The notes under the pieces were generated by a model. That model searched no databases. It had not been told where the DNA came from and worked only from the letters and a program-made list of their open reading frames with translations. From contig MU271356.1 in NCBI GenBank assembly GCA_021432655.1, positions 1 to 64,000 of the forward strand: a stretch of 64,000 nucleotides of DNA, read 5' to 3'. Shown here one piece after another: positions 48,091-62,145 of the stretch (within the stretch, counting starts at the first letter, position 1; the number at the start of each line of letters is the position of its first letter). The position numbers and the translations under genes are program-made. This DNA comes from Atractiella rhizophila (taxonomy: Eukaryota).

Positions 48091-51000
48091 CTACGATCGG
48101 GCACTACGAATAGAACCACTCAGCCCAATATGACCCACTGGTCCTTCACTCCCATACCCCGATAGGACGTCTCCAAATTCGTTACAGATGATTCTTGTCT
48201 CTTCCACTGCCGCCGCTATTGCTTCATTCGTAGTCCAACTCTCCACATCCTCGACCTTCCCCCCATCGCTTTCCAACACTGGTTCTCCAAATATGATCTG
48301 GACGTTCTGAATCTTCTGTAATACGGCCGCTGCCATCTCGGTTCCTCTCAGCCGAACACCGCGGTCGAATTGGATCCCAAAAGTAGCCAGGATCATCTCG
48401 TCCTTCTTTTGGCGCTGCGATCCGGATGAGCGGAGTGCCTCATTGAACAGGAACTGGGGACCAAGATGTCGAATTCTTGAGGTGGCTGTCCCCTGAACTG
48501 TTGGCGACGCAGCAACTTCCTCGTTGTCTTGTTGATCGATGTCTGGTTCAGGTTTCAGGTTGAGGTAATTCTGAGAGAAGAGGTCAAAGCTTGGTTTTCG
48601 CTTGTGAAAGTCCATATGTTGGTCCAACAAACCAGTTACGCTCGGACGGCGTGAGGGGGCTCGAGAGCCTACTGGCGAAGCTGATCTTGACCCTGAGGGA
48701 GACTGAGTAGGGGAACGTACGGCGCGAGAACGAGTGGAGAGCGAACGTCCTAGGAGAGGTTTTGAGAAGGCGGACGTTCGGTTCGCAGTCTTTCCCAGTA
48801 CCGAGTTCCTTGAAAAATCGCTCAATGCGATTCGACGCCCGTTCAGACGACAGTCGATTAACTTCTCCCTGATAAAAGGGCGCAAATGAAGCATAAGAGG
48901 GGAGCGATAGAGGCTGAGTAGTTCAGCGAGAGAAAAAAATGCATAATCTAATGTCCTGGGTTGACCACTTGAAAGATCGTTGAGTACCTTGGCGCCAGAT
49001 TTGTGGAGGTTTTCCCGGAGGAATGAAGCCATGCTTTGCCACGATCCTGGCGTTAGCGACAGGAAACGCTCTCCCCGCACGATGATGACTTTTAGGATCT
49101 GGATGGCGAGGAGGATGGTGAATGAGGAAGGACGAGCTGCACCTTTGGAAGTGGATGTCGGGTTCGACGAGATAGATTTCCAAGCCGTGAGGACGTAGGA
49201 CGCTAAGCTTGCCCACGCTTTTCGTAATCGTTCTTCAACCGCATCCAGATCTTTAGATGTCGCTGGTGCAGATGGCAGTTCTAGCGCCAGGGGAAAGATG
49301 AAGCGGGCCAGAAATCCAGACGATTGATCTTGCTTTTCGATCATGCCAAAGACGTCGTTATCCAACCATGTGAGACAAAGGGAGACTAGTCGTATTGTCG
49401 ACGCTTGTATGGGAAGATAAAGTCCTCCTTCCGAAGCGTAAATTGAACAGGCTTCTATAGCTGGCAAAACAAACTGGTTCGAAATCGCGTTGCCTAGGTC
49501 TGGTTCCTGTTCCGCGATGTTTTTCACAACGTGACAAAGAGCGTCCAGCAGGGAGGAGAAATCGACTTTATTCGCTTGAGAGGCAAACAGGGGCGACACG
49601 TCGCGGAGAAAGGCTAGCATGTGACGAATCGAAACCATTCCTTCACCAAAAATGCTTGCTGTATATCCTGTCATGAATGTAGATGCGGCCTTACGCACAG
49701 ATTCCGTGGAATCTTTCAGAACGGCTCTTAACAGGTCAAGGATTCGACGCATGGACTGTCCGTTTAGTGTTCCACCACACTCGTAATATGTCGCCACCGC
49801 AAGCAGGAACAGTCTTCGCATTGTTAACCAGGTGTGAGTGTCGTCTTGAGGATTTTCTCCGACTGAAGCGACAGCTGGATCCGAAGTCTGTAAGACCGGC
49901 GTCTCCCCTGCTTGAAATCTAGCTCGTCCTGCTGACGGCTTGGAAAAAACAGCTGAAAGTGCCTCGATTCCCTCCTTCAACAGCTTGCGAGCGTCTCCTG
50001 AGGAATTGTAGAATGCTGGGACAAGGAGACGGAAGAGAAACAGAAAATCCCCTGCTCGTCCAGACTGGGGTTGGAAAGCAACGACCGTGAAGAAGAGCTT
50101 GATCGAGTTCTCGATCGGGAAGTCTTTTTCCTTCGCCAGCTCTTGAATTCGCTCCGCCGAATTTTCTTCCTCTTTCGTTCCTATGAGCGGTGCCAGAAAG
50201 ACCTCAGGCTTATCGTTAACAATGTTGATAAGAGCCTCTTGTTCTTCCTTCGCGTTGGCATTGTGTAATCCCAAAATGTCGACAGCACTTTCTCGATGAT
50301 CGCTCGAAAGTGTACGAAGGAGAAGGAAGAGATCCCTAGCCATCACCTTCTTAGCTTCGTCCGATACAATAGCAGATGCGAAAAGAGGCGTCACTGCTCC
50401 GAATGCTTGGAAAACGAAAGATTCCTCATGATGTTGATAGAATCTCCTGAAGGTGTACATGATACCAAGTCGAATCGCTTGGTTCTGTTTACTTTCGCAA
50501 AATGTTTTGAATATCGCTGGGAAGCACAGTTGGAAGCCATTGCTGGAGGAAAATAGTCGACGAAATCGGGTAGAAGCTAAAAGACAGACGCGGAGTGCTA
50601 AAGCGACGACATTGGAATCATTTCCGTGAACCAGAAGGATACGATTCACGGTGTCCATAATCGTCGCCATCTCTGGTCGGGAATTGAAGATTCGATTCAG
50701 TGCAGAGAGTAACCTGATCAAGGCCACAAGCCATGATCGTGCTAGAACCAAAGAGACTCCTCTGAGGTCCTGCTCTTCACGCTGAACTTTCGAGGAAGCG
50801 ATGGAGCTCTCCCCCGCACCAAGCCGAGGCACAAAGTCGGCATCACCTAATTGTTTTGGTAGGTCGTTGCCTTGAGCGAGCTCGAGGACCCCAATCAGCT
50901 TCTTGTAGAGGTAAGCATCTCGGGCCGTTCTCTACGCTTTTAGCAAATATCATATTCTGTGCGCTTCTGGCCATTGCGACATAGAGAACCTGTTTGGGTA

Positions 51001-54000
51001 CACCTAATCGTTTGGAAACGAACTCAAACTCGGAAGGTAACGTTCGTGGGAACATGGGCGCTTCCGGCGCTGGATCTGTAAACCAAAACGCTCCGCTGGG
51101 AAGGTAGAAAATTTCGACCTTGTTTTTTCGGAGCGAGAGAACATTGAAACCATTGAGCTCAGGTAAAAGTCTGGCAGCTACTGGAAGAGTATCCCCAAGA
51201 ACTTTTGGCGCAACATCAGCTTTGCCTTCCCGCAAGTTGGCCCTTAAGTATCCTGCTAGATGATTGAAGAGATGGTACACGAAAGCGGGTGGGAGATTGG
51301 CTTGTGCGTTAGTTAATCTCCGAATAAGTGTAAGAGCCGCGATCTGCTTCGTAGAGTCCGCCGATAAGTCCTCAAAAACCGGACGAAGAAACACCATTGG
51401 GTCGTCGCGCGCTACGGGATATGAATCTGCGTTCCAAATTTTGAAAATATGCTTACCGAAGATAGTGACAGCTTCTCGCGCAGCGGAAGCGACAGTTTGG
51501 TCTGCGTCCAGTAACAGATTCACCAATTTGGACAGAAGAAGAGCTATCGAAGGAACCAGAATTGCACGTCTCTTCCCGCTTCCTTGACCACCACCAGTAC
51601 TTGATTTCCGACGCAGAAGACCTGGGGACGTTCCGGCAGGTTTAGAGGAAGAAGAAGTTTCTATTCCTCCATCCAGCACCTGATCGAGCTGGAGGACCGA
51701 AATAAGAGAAATGGGAGTCTTCATGTTCTGTTGCGCTGATTGTTTGGCATCCTCCTCGTTATCCCATCCCAAGGCTATCAGAGCTCTCCTCGTCTCTAGC
51801 GGTAGCGAGGTTCCAAGGTGTAAGCCAACGTTCTCCGCTAAATCAGGTGGAATATATTGGGACGTTCCAACGTCAAGGGGAACAAACGAGATCTGTTGTC
51901 GGCCAATGCGGAAAGGTCGTCTCTTGGACGGATCAGCAATCGGCTGAGACAAGACAGAGAATCGCGATGCGAACGCTGAGACCAGGTGGGTGATTGTGTG
52001 ATAACGGAGTTCAGTAGACTCGCTACAGTGGCATGAATATCTCGCAACCTGTACGTTGGAGAATTGCTCACTTATGCATGTCGGCCAGCACCACCTGTTC
52101 CACGATCGTGGGCACTTTATCCCCGCATAACATAAACAAAAATCTGAACAAGGCTGTGAGATGGATTCAAGTCTATATCGATGTACTCACGAAGCGGGAG
52201 AGAAAATGCTTGGCGTGGTGTCTGTCATAAAACGTTTCCAAATAACTGGACAAAGGCGAGCAAGTTGATCTTCCGTGAGAAATGAGTACACTGACACGAG
52301 CAGCGCGAGGATCGGAGCAGAAGGATGTCGCGACAGAGAAGACACCAACTCTGCGAGCTTCTTCGAGTTTTCTTCGAGGGATTTCTCAACTTCTGTCAAT
52401 TGAACAGAGTGCTGGACATCTTTTGCTGAAGGAACAAGGCTAGCCTACGAAGGATGAACTCAGTTTCTCTGTCGCAGGAAAAGGCTCACTCGAGGACGGT
52501 GATCAGCATCTCTTTGAGTTTTACGGAATAGCAGCTCTAGCCAGTGGAAGGAATTCTCCGGTTCCAGGAAAGCACTGGAATTAACCTCTATCAAAAACTC
52601 TGGAGCGATTTCGGCGTTCCCTTCCTTAGGCTCTGGGTACGCCTGTGCTCCAATGAAGCTGGACAACGCCCAATTGACCACACGTGCTAACCAAAGCGGC
52701 CTGCATAAGAGTCAGCGAAGTGTCCGAATGCAAGCGAAATATTCACTTTCGGTTGCTCCTCGTCAGTAACCGACATTCAAGTAAAAGTGTCGATAGAAGT
52801 ATTCTTTGTGAGAATGGGAGTAGAGCGGCAGCTTCCTGTGTCGCTATTAGGGCCTACTCTTCCAATCTAGATTTGAGTCTTACACGAGCTTGCATAAAAA
52901 CACTGAGCCGTGCCTCCAGCTCGATCACGAAGCGACCGATAGCACTGCGGTCTGCACTGGCCTGTAACAGAAGTCAGCGGGTCGGATGCCAAAAAACACA
53001 AAAGCTACATGCCTTATCCTCGTTCTCGCGAACATACCGAAGCGCATTGATCAGCATCACGGTCACAGCTCCTTGGCCTAGTATCGCTGCGCTCCATTTG
53101 TCCTCACCCGCACCTAAGCCGACGTCTGCCATTAATGCAATGACAATCATTTCTGCATCCTTCAAGAGAATCTCCTTCGTGGTGATGAGAGCGGCCAGGC
53201 TGTTGAGGATATTTAGGTTAGCACGAACTTTCTCCTCATTGTCACTGCTAGCGCAAGCGAATAATGGACGATAGAACCGACGAGGATGACGCGAACAAAG
53301 TGATCTGAGTAGAGTTGTGACAGAAGCAGAAAGGTTCTGAAGGTTCTCGGAAGCTATTCGATCGAAAAAAGCTGGGAGCGCTCGGTTTGTGATCTCGTCT
53401 GCCAGTGCCTCGCTCATCCCCAGACATAGGACTCCCAGAATGGGTATGACGACATCCAGAGGCATTTGGTCTTGACTCCGTATAATATCCAGAGTAACTT
53501 GTGCTATGGAATCCTTCAGACCTAGCCTCCAGAGCTGTTCCAGGAAGCCTTTTGCCTCAAGAACCTCTGCTGACAGTTCACTTCGTGGTGGGACAGGCCA
53601 GGCTCGCTCGTTATACTGCGCTGGAGACTGACCGATGAAGAGAGATAAGAGTAAGCGGACGGTGCTTTCTTGTACGTGATGCGGGAGTTGAGCAATGACC
53701 GTGTCAGGAGTATTGGACACGATGATCGCGAGAATGGTACGCTTGATTTGCCTCACATTCTTTGACTCTGTGAATACTAACAGCGGATCTTCCTCCAGGG
53801 TGCTGTTTTGCAACTTAGTCCGCACAGAGCTTTCGCGGTGGAAAAGACTGAAACAGCCGCGAGAGAAGAGGTTGAGGATTCGTGAATATGTAGCCGGAGG
53901 GGCTTGGGTTAGTGGAAGCCAGTGTTTCTACACAGTACCACGAATTAATAAACTGTAGATGATGGGATAACAGTACCTCAAGGAGCTGATGAAAGACAAA

Positions 54001-55818
54001 GTTCCTCACTCCCCATTCCCCAGTAATACCGACTCGAATCAGCCCTTCGATGAAGCTCAACTTGCAGAGATCTTCCGCCGTGGACGAAGAAATCTCATCG
54101 TGCGTCATATTGTGGCTTTCTCCCCAGTGGATCAAGGAACTGCTTTGCAGGTTCAGCTGAATGAGCTGACCATTTGCGAGTCGGTTCAGGAGGGACGTTA
54201 GGATGTTTTTCGTTTTAGAAAGATCCGAAAACAGGCTGGAGGAGGTCCTCATGTCGAGTCGCGCCAATTGTTTGTCCAATAGATATAAATTGCGAATGAG
54301 GACGGCCGCAAAGGACTGGATGGCTAGGGGCGTATCCGGGCGGCGCAAACTTGTGTCATCTTCTTCCGAGTCCCTACTATCATCGATCAGCCTCAAAAGG
54401 GACTGTATCAAAGTGTCTCTGATCTTCTCCAAGCCACCTGCGTAGAGAGAATCTGAAGAGTCGTAGCAATTTGCCACAACAGTAAGACACCACATCCACC
54501 TTTCTAACGCCTCACTCTTATCTGCGGGTTCAAACTCTTTACAAACCTTCTCAAAGAGATCTACAGCGACTTTACACCCTTCCGGATCGGGACGAGGGAG
54601 CAGTGAAGTAGAGACAACGGCTCGAATGTCGGCGGAGGGATTAATGGGGGCGTCGAAAGCGGGTAGGAAGGGCCGTGCAAGTTCTGCCATAATGACAGCG
54701 TGACATGGAAGAGGGACGTATGATGCTGGCTTGGGATACCGAGCCATGAGGTTTGAGATCAAGAGTAGAGGTTCAAGCTGTGAGCGCAAGCGGGCAGCGC
54801 GGCTCTGGGCGTCGTTGAAGTTCGAAGTCGATGCTTGATCTGCACGCTGTTTCCCGTTTGACGTTTCGGCTTGCTCATCCTGCTGAAGAGCGCTGTCCGT
54901 GCTTGGGATGAGTCTGGTCATGCTTGAGCGATTCAGTCCTACGACAGCAGTACTGGATGTCGAGACGTTTGTGGAACTATTACGCCCTTTCCTTCCCTTG
55001 ATTCCTGCGTTCCTCTTCAGCCCTGAATCCATACTCTTCCTAGGCGGCGTATCCACCTCCACCTCCTCCTTATTCCCCCCTCCTTCCACGTCCATCAAGA
55101 AGCCTCTCGCTCGTTTCCCAACCTGACGAATTCGTTCCACCTCAATTGTAAATTCTCTTCGCCATGCCTGAATAGACTGAGCCTCACTATAGTACTGTCG
55201 CTCCTCAAAAGGGTTGCTCTCCCCGTAAAACGTTCCCTTCTTCTTCACCACCACATCCACCAATCTCTGAAACCTAACCCCTGCCCCATGGTGCTCCCCG
55301 AGATTCTCACTTGAGCTCCAAGTCCTCAATGTATGCTGTTTCTTAGGCTGAGGAAGAGGAGCCACCGAACTCCCTCCTTCAGCATGATACTCTTCCCTCA
55401 TCGTCCCGGAAGATGTCTCCTTCCTTACTCCTGCTCTCCCACCGTGAGTCTTAACCGTCTTCCTCACCTTGTCCCATCTTGGTACAGCCTGCGAATTACC
55501 GATGGCGACGGAGGAGTCAGAGGTGAATTTACGGCTTGCGCGGGAGAAGTAGGATTCTCCGTGTGCTTGCCTCCCATCTTGTAGTGACGGTAGAGTTCCA
55601 TGACCACTCAGACTCCCACTTCCACTGCCAGGAGACTGAGTACCGTCGTTAAAATGAAAGTCGCTTGGGTGGAGAGGAGGAGATTTGGGAAGCGGTGTAG
55701 AGAGGCTTGGTGGGGAGGAAAATAGCGTGGTTTGCTCGATTGAAGGGCGTCGTTGTCCTTCGAAGAAGGATGGTTGAGGAGCGGAAAGTGGTACTGCTCC
55801 AGAGAAGTCAGATTTCAT
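48091..55818 (-). CDS. Large UNC80-like HEAT/armadillo-type protein
   Basis: Consecutive long exons (667, 283, 369 and 913 aa plus short ones). FSSSNGFQLCFPAIFKTFCE..AIRLGIMYTFRRFYQHHEESFVFQ resembles the UNC80 C-terminal region as I recall it. Exon junctions are approximate. Confidence 0.72.
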
Positions 55819-56721
55819 TCTGTGGACTCAGACTTCAGGCCTTTAGGATGGAGCAAATAAGAAACGTGTTCATGGACGTGTTTTCATTGCAATTTTGTAC
55901 GCTATGTATGACATGCCTGTACGATGTCTCGTAAGGTCCAAAAACATGGGATACTGCTTTTGAGCCGTAAAAAACATCGGTTAATGTTCTTCCCATCACT
56001 CTTGTTTATTTCCACGGTCAGTTGCAACGTATTCCGTGGTATTCTAATGTGAGCATGGGTAGGTTTCCTTATAACTCGCTTGACGCGGAAACAACATATT
56101 TAAAGCTGAATAATAGATTGCAGAGATGTACAAGAATGTAAGGTGCCTAGTAAAGTCCGGCTCTATAAAGAGTAAACTCAAATTGACACCGTAGCCACAA
56201 CAGAGCGTTGTTCTTCCCCGACTTTAGCAAGTCGCCTGCAAGTAGCGCACATTATTGAGACGACTGAATAAACGGGGTAGCACTCATTTCAAGGTTCTCA
56301 AGTAAAGACAGAAACAAAGGTGCAGAATTGCACACCACAATCCCTCTTAATCTAATGCGAGACACACCTGAATTTTCTTGCATTATAAGCTATGTGTTCA
56401 TCCCCTACACCGTCGTGATCGCTTCCACTCTTAACGAGCGCCTTCCTTGCTTTACTTGGCTGGAAGAAATTTCGAGGATGTTGTACATAAGTCATCAACT
56501 GTCTTCATCTCCTCCTCATTGCCGATTTAGGTTGAACATCTTTTGACAGAAGCCAGCCTATGAAAAGGCGTATTAGCTAGACCCAGGAGATTCACGAAAA
56601 TACCTATACTCCAAAGCATCTGCACAATTGTACAATCACACCCATTGGAGTACTTCGCAAATCTTTTGCTCGTTGTATTTTCAAACCAGCTTGGATCCTT
56701 TAACAATATCCTATACTGACT

Positions 56722-58181
56722 ATGACGACTCGATTGAGGAGGCTACTTTCCAGAAAAACACCGAAGAAAGACCATGCTGCAGTTTATGCCTTTCAAGTTA
56801 GCAATCAGAATGAGAAATCTGCCTTCGAGAGACTTCCACCTGAGATCCTTCTTGTCATATTCTCTAGCTTTATACCGCCCATGGGGCACACTGGGTGGTA
56901 CCTGATCCCACCGTTTCTATATGGGTACGCTTTTTTAATTGATCTCAACAGACCTTGAACTGAGACAAACAAAGATACTCCTCCTTAACATCTCTCGCGC
57001 TCACATGTCGCTCTCTTCTGTCTCCCGCCCGCTTCTCTCTTTATTCTCATCCGCGAATATCGAGCTTTAGAGCTCTACAATGCTTCTATCAGACAATAAG
57101 TACTGTTGATACCCTGCGAGAAATGGTACAAGAGATGGAGCTCCAATTCGATGTTTTACAGGATGGAAGAGGGAGGAACACGACATTCCTGGTCAATAGC
57201 GAGGTGGAAAAGCTGCCTAAAGTCGACATATCTATTGAGATGAGGATGTTAGGCATCTGTCGGTTATCTGCAGTTTCATTTTTAGGTAGGACTCCTTCAA
57301 ATCCACACATAACCTGATGAGCATACACAGGCTGGCCAACATACCAATTTTCCACTACCCTCTCTGCTCTCCGTCTCTCATCTTTTTCCACCCTCCGACA
57401 GTTGTCCATCACCTCTCCAAGCCGAACAACGTTACAAGCATTTCCCTCCTTCTTGCCATACCTCACGAAACTCTCCTTTCTTTCCCTCGTCAATGCTCTT
57501 GCTCCTTCTCCTTCAGATGTGCCATGGACACAAGGTTATCCTAATTATCCGCTCAAGGAATTAAGGATGATTGACTGCAATGTCTGTTCGGCAGGAGTAC
57601 GAGGATTGTTAGGCGATGGGAAAGTCAGGCGACTTGTGCTGAGGGGCAGCATGAATGGGGCTTTCTGGTGTGACATGTTGCAAGTTCGACCAGAAATGAA
57701 GACATCGCTGGAGGACCTGGAATGGCTTGACGGCCCGTACATTTATGACGACAATCTGCTTTACCTCGGTTTACGGGACTTTTTGCATGGACTTCCGAGG
57801 CTCAAATCTCTTCGGTTGTCCTATAATCAGTTGTGGCAGCTCTTAGGCGTGCGCAACGAGGACCCCAGGCTAGAGAACTTGCTCCTTCAACGAGAAGGAG
57901 GGGTCGCATTTAGACTGGAGAGGTTGAGACTGGATGCACATCCTGGAGATTTTCCAACTGGATGGAAAGAATATATGAGTGATGAGGAGGAATATGAGTC
58001 GCCAGAATGGGAATTTATGAAGAGTGCGCAGAAAGAGATGAGGCATGGTGGAGTTCTCGAGGTTCGAGGCAAGAGTAAGTTGCCTCTTTCTTTCCTTCTG
58101 CGACTGAAAGGAAAGACTGAGTCGTCTGTGGTTGCTAGGCTGGAGACGTTCTTTGGTGCGTGCTCCTTCGAATCATGCTGA
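56722..58181 (+). CDS. F-box/LRR-like protein (two introns)
   Basis: FERLPPEILLVIFSS..|YSSLTSLALTCRSL. GTACGC..AAG and GTAGGA..CAG introns join three segments in frame. LRR-like LKELRM, LRRLVL and LKSLRL repeats. Confidence 0.72.
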
Positions 58182-59263
58182 ATGAAGAAATACAGGGGAT
58201 GGTGAACGGAGACGGATGAAATTTTTTGTGCAGTGACCTTTGGCCTCTGTTACCTTCAATAGACTGAAGAGGCACATGGCTCTGTTGGAAGGAGCAGGCA
58301 TTTCTTTCCTCGTCTAACGAAGTTGATGCCAGACATCGCGTAATCCCAGAATTGCGGTACGACAAAGCATACTGCCATCGCTTTGTGGTTCCTCGTGCAG
58401 GGACAGGGAGGAGATAGGGAAATGTCTAGGGTTCATGCTATCTTTATGGTTGGGCTGGAGAAACGCTGGAGAAACCGAAATGATGAAAATGATGAAAATC
58501 ACTTGCCATGAGAGAGATGAGACAACCAGAGACGAGAATTTCAGCACCAAACAAACTACCCCGAGGTCCGCCTCGTTGCAACAAAGCTGGACTGTAGCCA
58601 AACAAGATCATGAAGCAACGTCCAACTGGCTCTTGTTCCTGATCGCTAATCATTGCAACTTGCAGAGCAGTGCTTGCTTAGCTGGACGGGACATCATCCA
58701 AGGTACCCATTCCTTCTCGATTCTCGGAAAATGACCTGACGCTGACGGTTTTGTCCTGACCGGCCCACCAATTTTCCGTTTGCTACCGTTTTTGAACAGA
58801 AGCGTAGCCCATTTCTAAACGGGGACTCATCTTAAGGCGGCATACTCCAGAAGTAGTGCATTCGCCAGTTTTGAGTGACGACCAAGGTTTGTGGAAGTGG
58901 AAGGAGCAGCTGTTTGTGAGCTTGTTGGAGCACAAGGAGCGTGGATTTCATCTCAGTTCTGGGTACACGAGAGTACGTATTTTCTGGCTTCTTTGGGGTA
59001 TCTTCACGGGGTGAGACCCTGATTTGATCTTGGTTTAATCACTTGGTGGTGTAGACTTGTTCAGCTGAACGTTCTACGCGCTCCTTGTCTCTCAAGGCGT
59101 CCAGAGGTCTGTCAGGTTGTCAGGCTGCACCTGAGGTTGCATCAAACGCTCCGTCGATTTCCTGACTCTATTCGCTCATCGGAAATCAGCGTTGGGTAGG
59201 CCGCTTTTTCACGTCATGCCATGTCCAAAATAAAGTTGACGAGGTCTTGCAGAAGCGTGAGCT

Positions 59264-61395
59264 ATGCTTGGAGGGACGATGTCAATAGAGATAGAAGCAT
59301 CTCAAGCAAGCGTCCCTCTACCTCAGAGTCCAGTCGGGTACAGCTCTCTGCCCAGCTCCTCTTCCTTTTACGCTCCGCACCCACACCACAGCCATCACGG
59401 AACGGCTTATCCCCCGTCGCAATCTTCCGCGTTTCTTCCAGTCTCCACAACTGCGGCGTCCCCATCTAATGCCTCGGCCTTTCTCTCACCGTCAATGTCA
59501 TCAGGAGCTGGATCGAATTCTAACTTCCTTTCAACCTCGACCAGTTCTTCCACAGGCGGCTCGACTTTCCTATCTGATTCAACGAGCTCAACAGCCTCAA
59601 GATTCTCCAATGTGACTACAGCGTCAAGCATCTTCTCAACAGCCATTACAGGGGATTCGCCCTTCTCCTCGGCTCCAGGTTCCAAATTCGTTTCTCCAGA
59701 ACGCGTGACGGATTATCAAGAAAATGGTGGTAACGTCGGACCGCACACTTTCTCTGAAGCCGACATCCTTGCCTTGACAAAGCATTTGAGGGAAGAATAC
59801 GCTTCAAAAGAGGAGTTGAATCTAGAGTTGTCGGGTTCGAGTGGAGATGATTACATGGAAGGAGGGAATGAGTGGGAAGAGGTCAAGTTTGGATCGCCAA
59901 TCAGGGTAAAAAGTTCACCGGTGAGGTCAAGGCGGAAGCATGGGCAGGAGATGGAAAAGGGGAACAACCGTGATGCTATTAACTACGAGCCACCAACTAC
60001 AACGTTGAGTGTCGACGACTTTCTATCGATGCCAGATGATCCCGAGTCCCCCAACGCAGCGAGCACATCAGCAACAACGTTAGATGCTAAGTCTGCGCGA
60101 TCGATCTCGCAGCTTGCCTTTTCTCAAGAATCTACGTCGACTACAACCTCCAATCCATCGAACTTTTACGATGCTTGTCACTCGTTTCAACCACCGCCGA
60201 CGCAGCCACAGCAGACCTTCATCTCCCCTGAGCTCCTCAGCACAGCATACACTCCGGCTCCGACGCTTCTTCCAGCTCCCACAATCTCTCTGCCCTTCTC
60301 CAACTCTTCCTCCTCGCGTCCTCTCTTCCAGTCCCAATCACAATCTCAGCCGCTCATCGAAACCTCAACCGTCTCCTTTCCCCCTTCCCTCGAATTCTCC
60401 CCTCCAGAAACACCAACGCGCATAGACTTCCCAAATCCCGACGACGAGGAAATGGATGTTACGCCGACGCGGACAAGAAACTCGACGATCACAGCCCGCA
60501 CACCACGATCTTCCGCACGTCGAAAACCTGCCGACGTGTCGTCACCTGCGATGAGCCTCGGAGCCTTGCAATTAGGGGACGAGCCTCCCCAATCCAACGG
60601 ATCGATGCGCAAGAAGCTGTCCCGTACCGCTTCAACCCCAGTATTAGGCGAAGGATCGTCTCGCTCAACAAGGCAGAAGCAATATTCTGCACTTCATCGC
60701 GCCACTTCCCCTCATCGCTTACGCGCGTCACCGAGGCGTGGCGGTGGGAGTAACGAGCTCCAGGTCACGTCTGGAAGACTGTCAAAGCAGGTTGGCGAGG
60801 GGGATATTCAGAGTAAAAAGAGGAAGCGCAACGTTGTCAAGGACAGATGGGCTCAAATGCCTCCATTACCCATGCCTCCGCCAAACAACACCATTTCTTC
60901 CCATCAGGCTCCAGAGATCACGGTCAGCCCGCCAGTATCAGTTGCAAACTTGCAAGCTAAGGACACGGACCATCCGTTCGATCCTCTGCAAAGCCCGTTT
61001 TTGTACAATCCTTCTTCCGAGGCAGAGCCACTGGCCTCCACTGCTATGGCACATTCTAGCACTGTATGTTCGTCCATCTCTTCCGTGCCCAGCCTCTAAT
61101 ATCTGGGCAGCTGCAGGAGGACAAGCTTTTTTTCTCTCAAACACTTCCTCAATTCCAGCCTTCCGACTCTTTTTCCTCTACTGGTTCAGGAGATGTCTGC
61201 CCCGATCTCGCGGAAGTCTTTGAGTCCTTAGCTATCATCACTCAGTTCCTTGCTGAGAATTCGGAAGCTCTCAATCAGAACAACATCCCCTTTGTGACAC
61301 CGGAAGCACAAGCTAGTCTGGAGAGCTTGCGACAGAAGGCATGGTACGATTTGAATGCTCCGCACGCCGTCGCAGACCCACTGCCAATGTCTTAA
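59264..61395 (+). CDS. Ser/Pro/Thr-rich low-complexity protein of unknown function
   Basis: 611-aa ORF joined by a GTATGT..CAG intron (~61065-61110) to the 61066-61395 frame. Contains basic KKRKR and many SP/TP sites. Confidence 0.65.
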
Positions 61396-62145
61396 ATTGC
61401 TCGCTCGATCATGTCGGATAAATCAGTGAAGGACGATGCTGTCTTTTTTAGTTTCGAAAACAAAAATTTCTTTAGTGCCTTCGTGCCCACAACAAAGAAC
61501 TTAGTCTCCTTTGCAATTTTCCTTTTTCATTTCCCAAAAGTCAATCTTGTGTTACTATCAAATACCAAGTCTTCCCATTTCCCTCTGTTCAGTCCTGTTT
61601 CACAAAAAGAATTTCTCTTCCCCCACAACACTTAGTCTGTGTCAAAAGTTCCCATTCACCATGCAATCCCCTTCCTTGTACAATTCCCGACATCAAAACG
61701 CTTTTGACACATCACACTAATCCCCGCTTGTTCTATCTACTTCTGTCCTGCTTGCTATAAACAATCTTTCTGTCTTCTTCAAGAATCAAGATCATTTTTT
61801 CTTTCTATTCTCTTTTCAACGACCCGGGTGGCAAGACACTACGATGTCAGGTTCCGTTCCAAATCTAGGTTCTCTAACGCTACCTGAGGGTCATCTCATT
61901 TACAAAAGATTGGTTTCGACAATCTGGTCTCGGTTGCTTTCTCTATCGACGAATTCAAAACGACAAGATTCACGATTGGTCTCTTGGCTTCCGGTTATTA
62001 CTTCTAGTACATGCACTTCGAAATGACTCTTTTGATCTGTGTACATAACGAGCAACGATAACAACACCTTGAAACATGCTGGTGTCATGATTTTCAACCA
62101 CTTCTGTTAAAGAACAACAAAGAGAGGAAAGTGCAGGAACACTCG

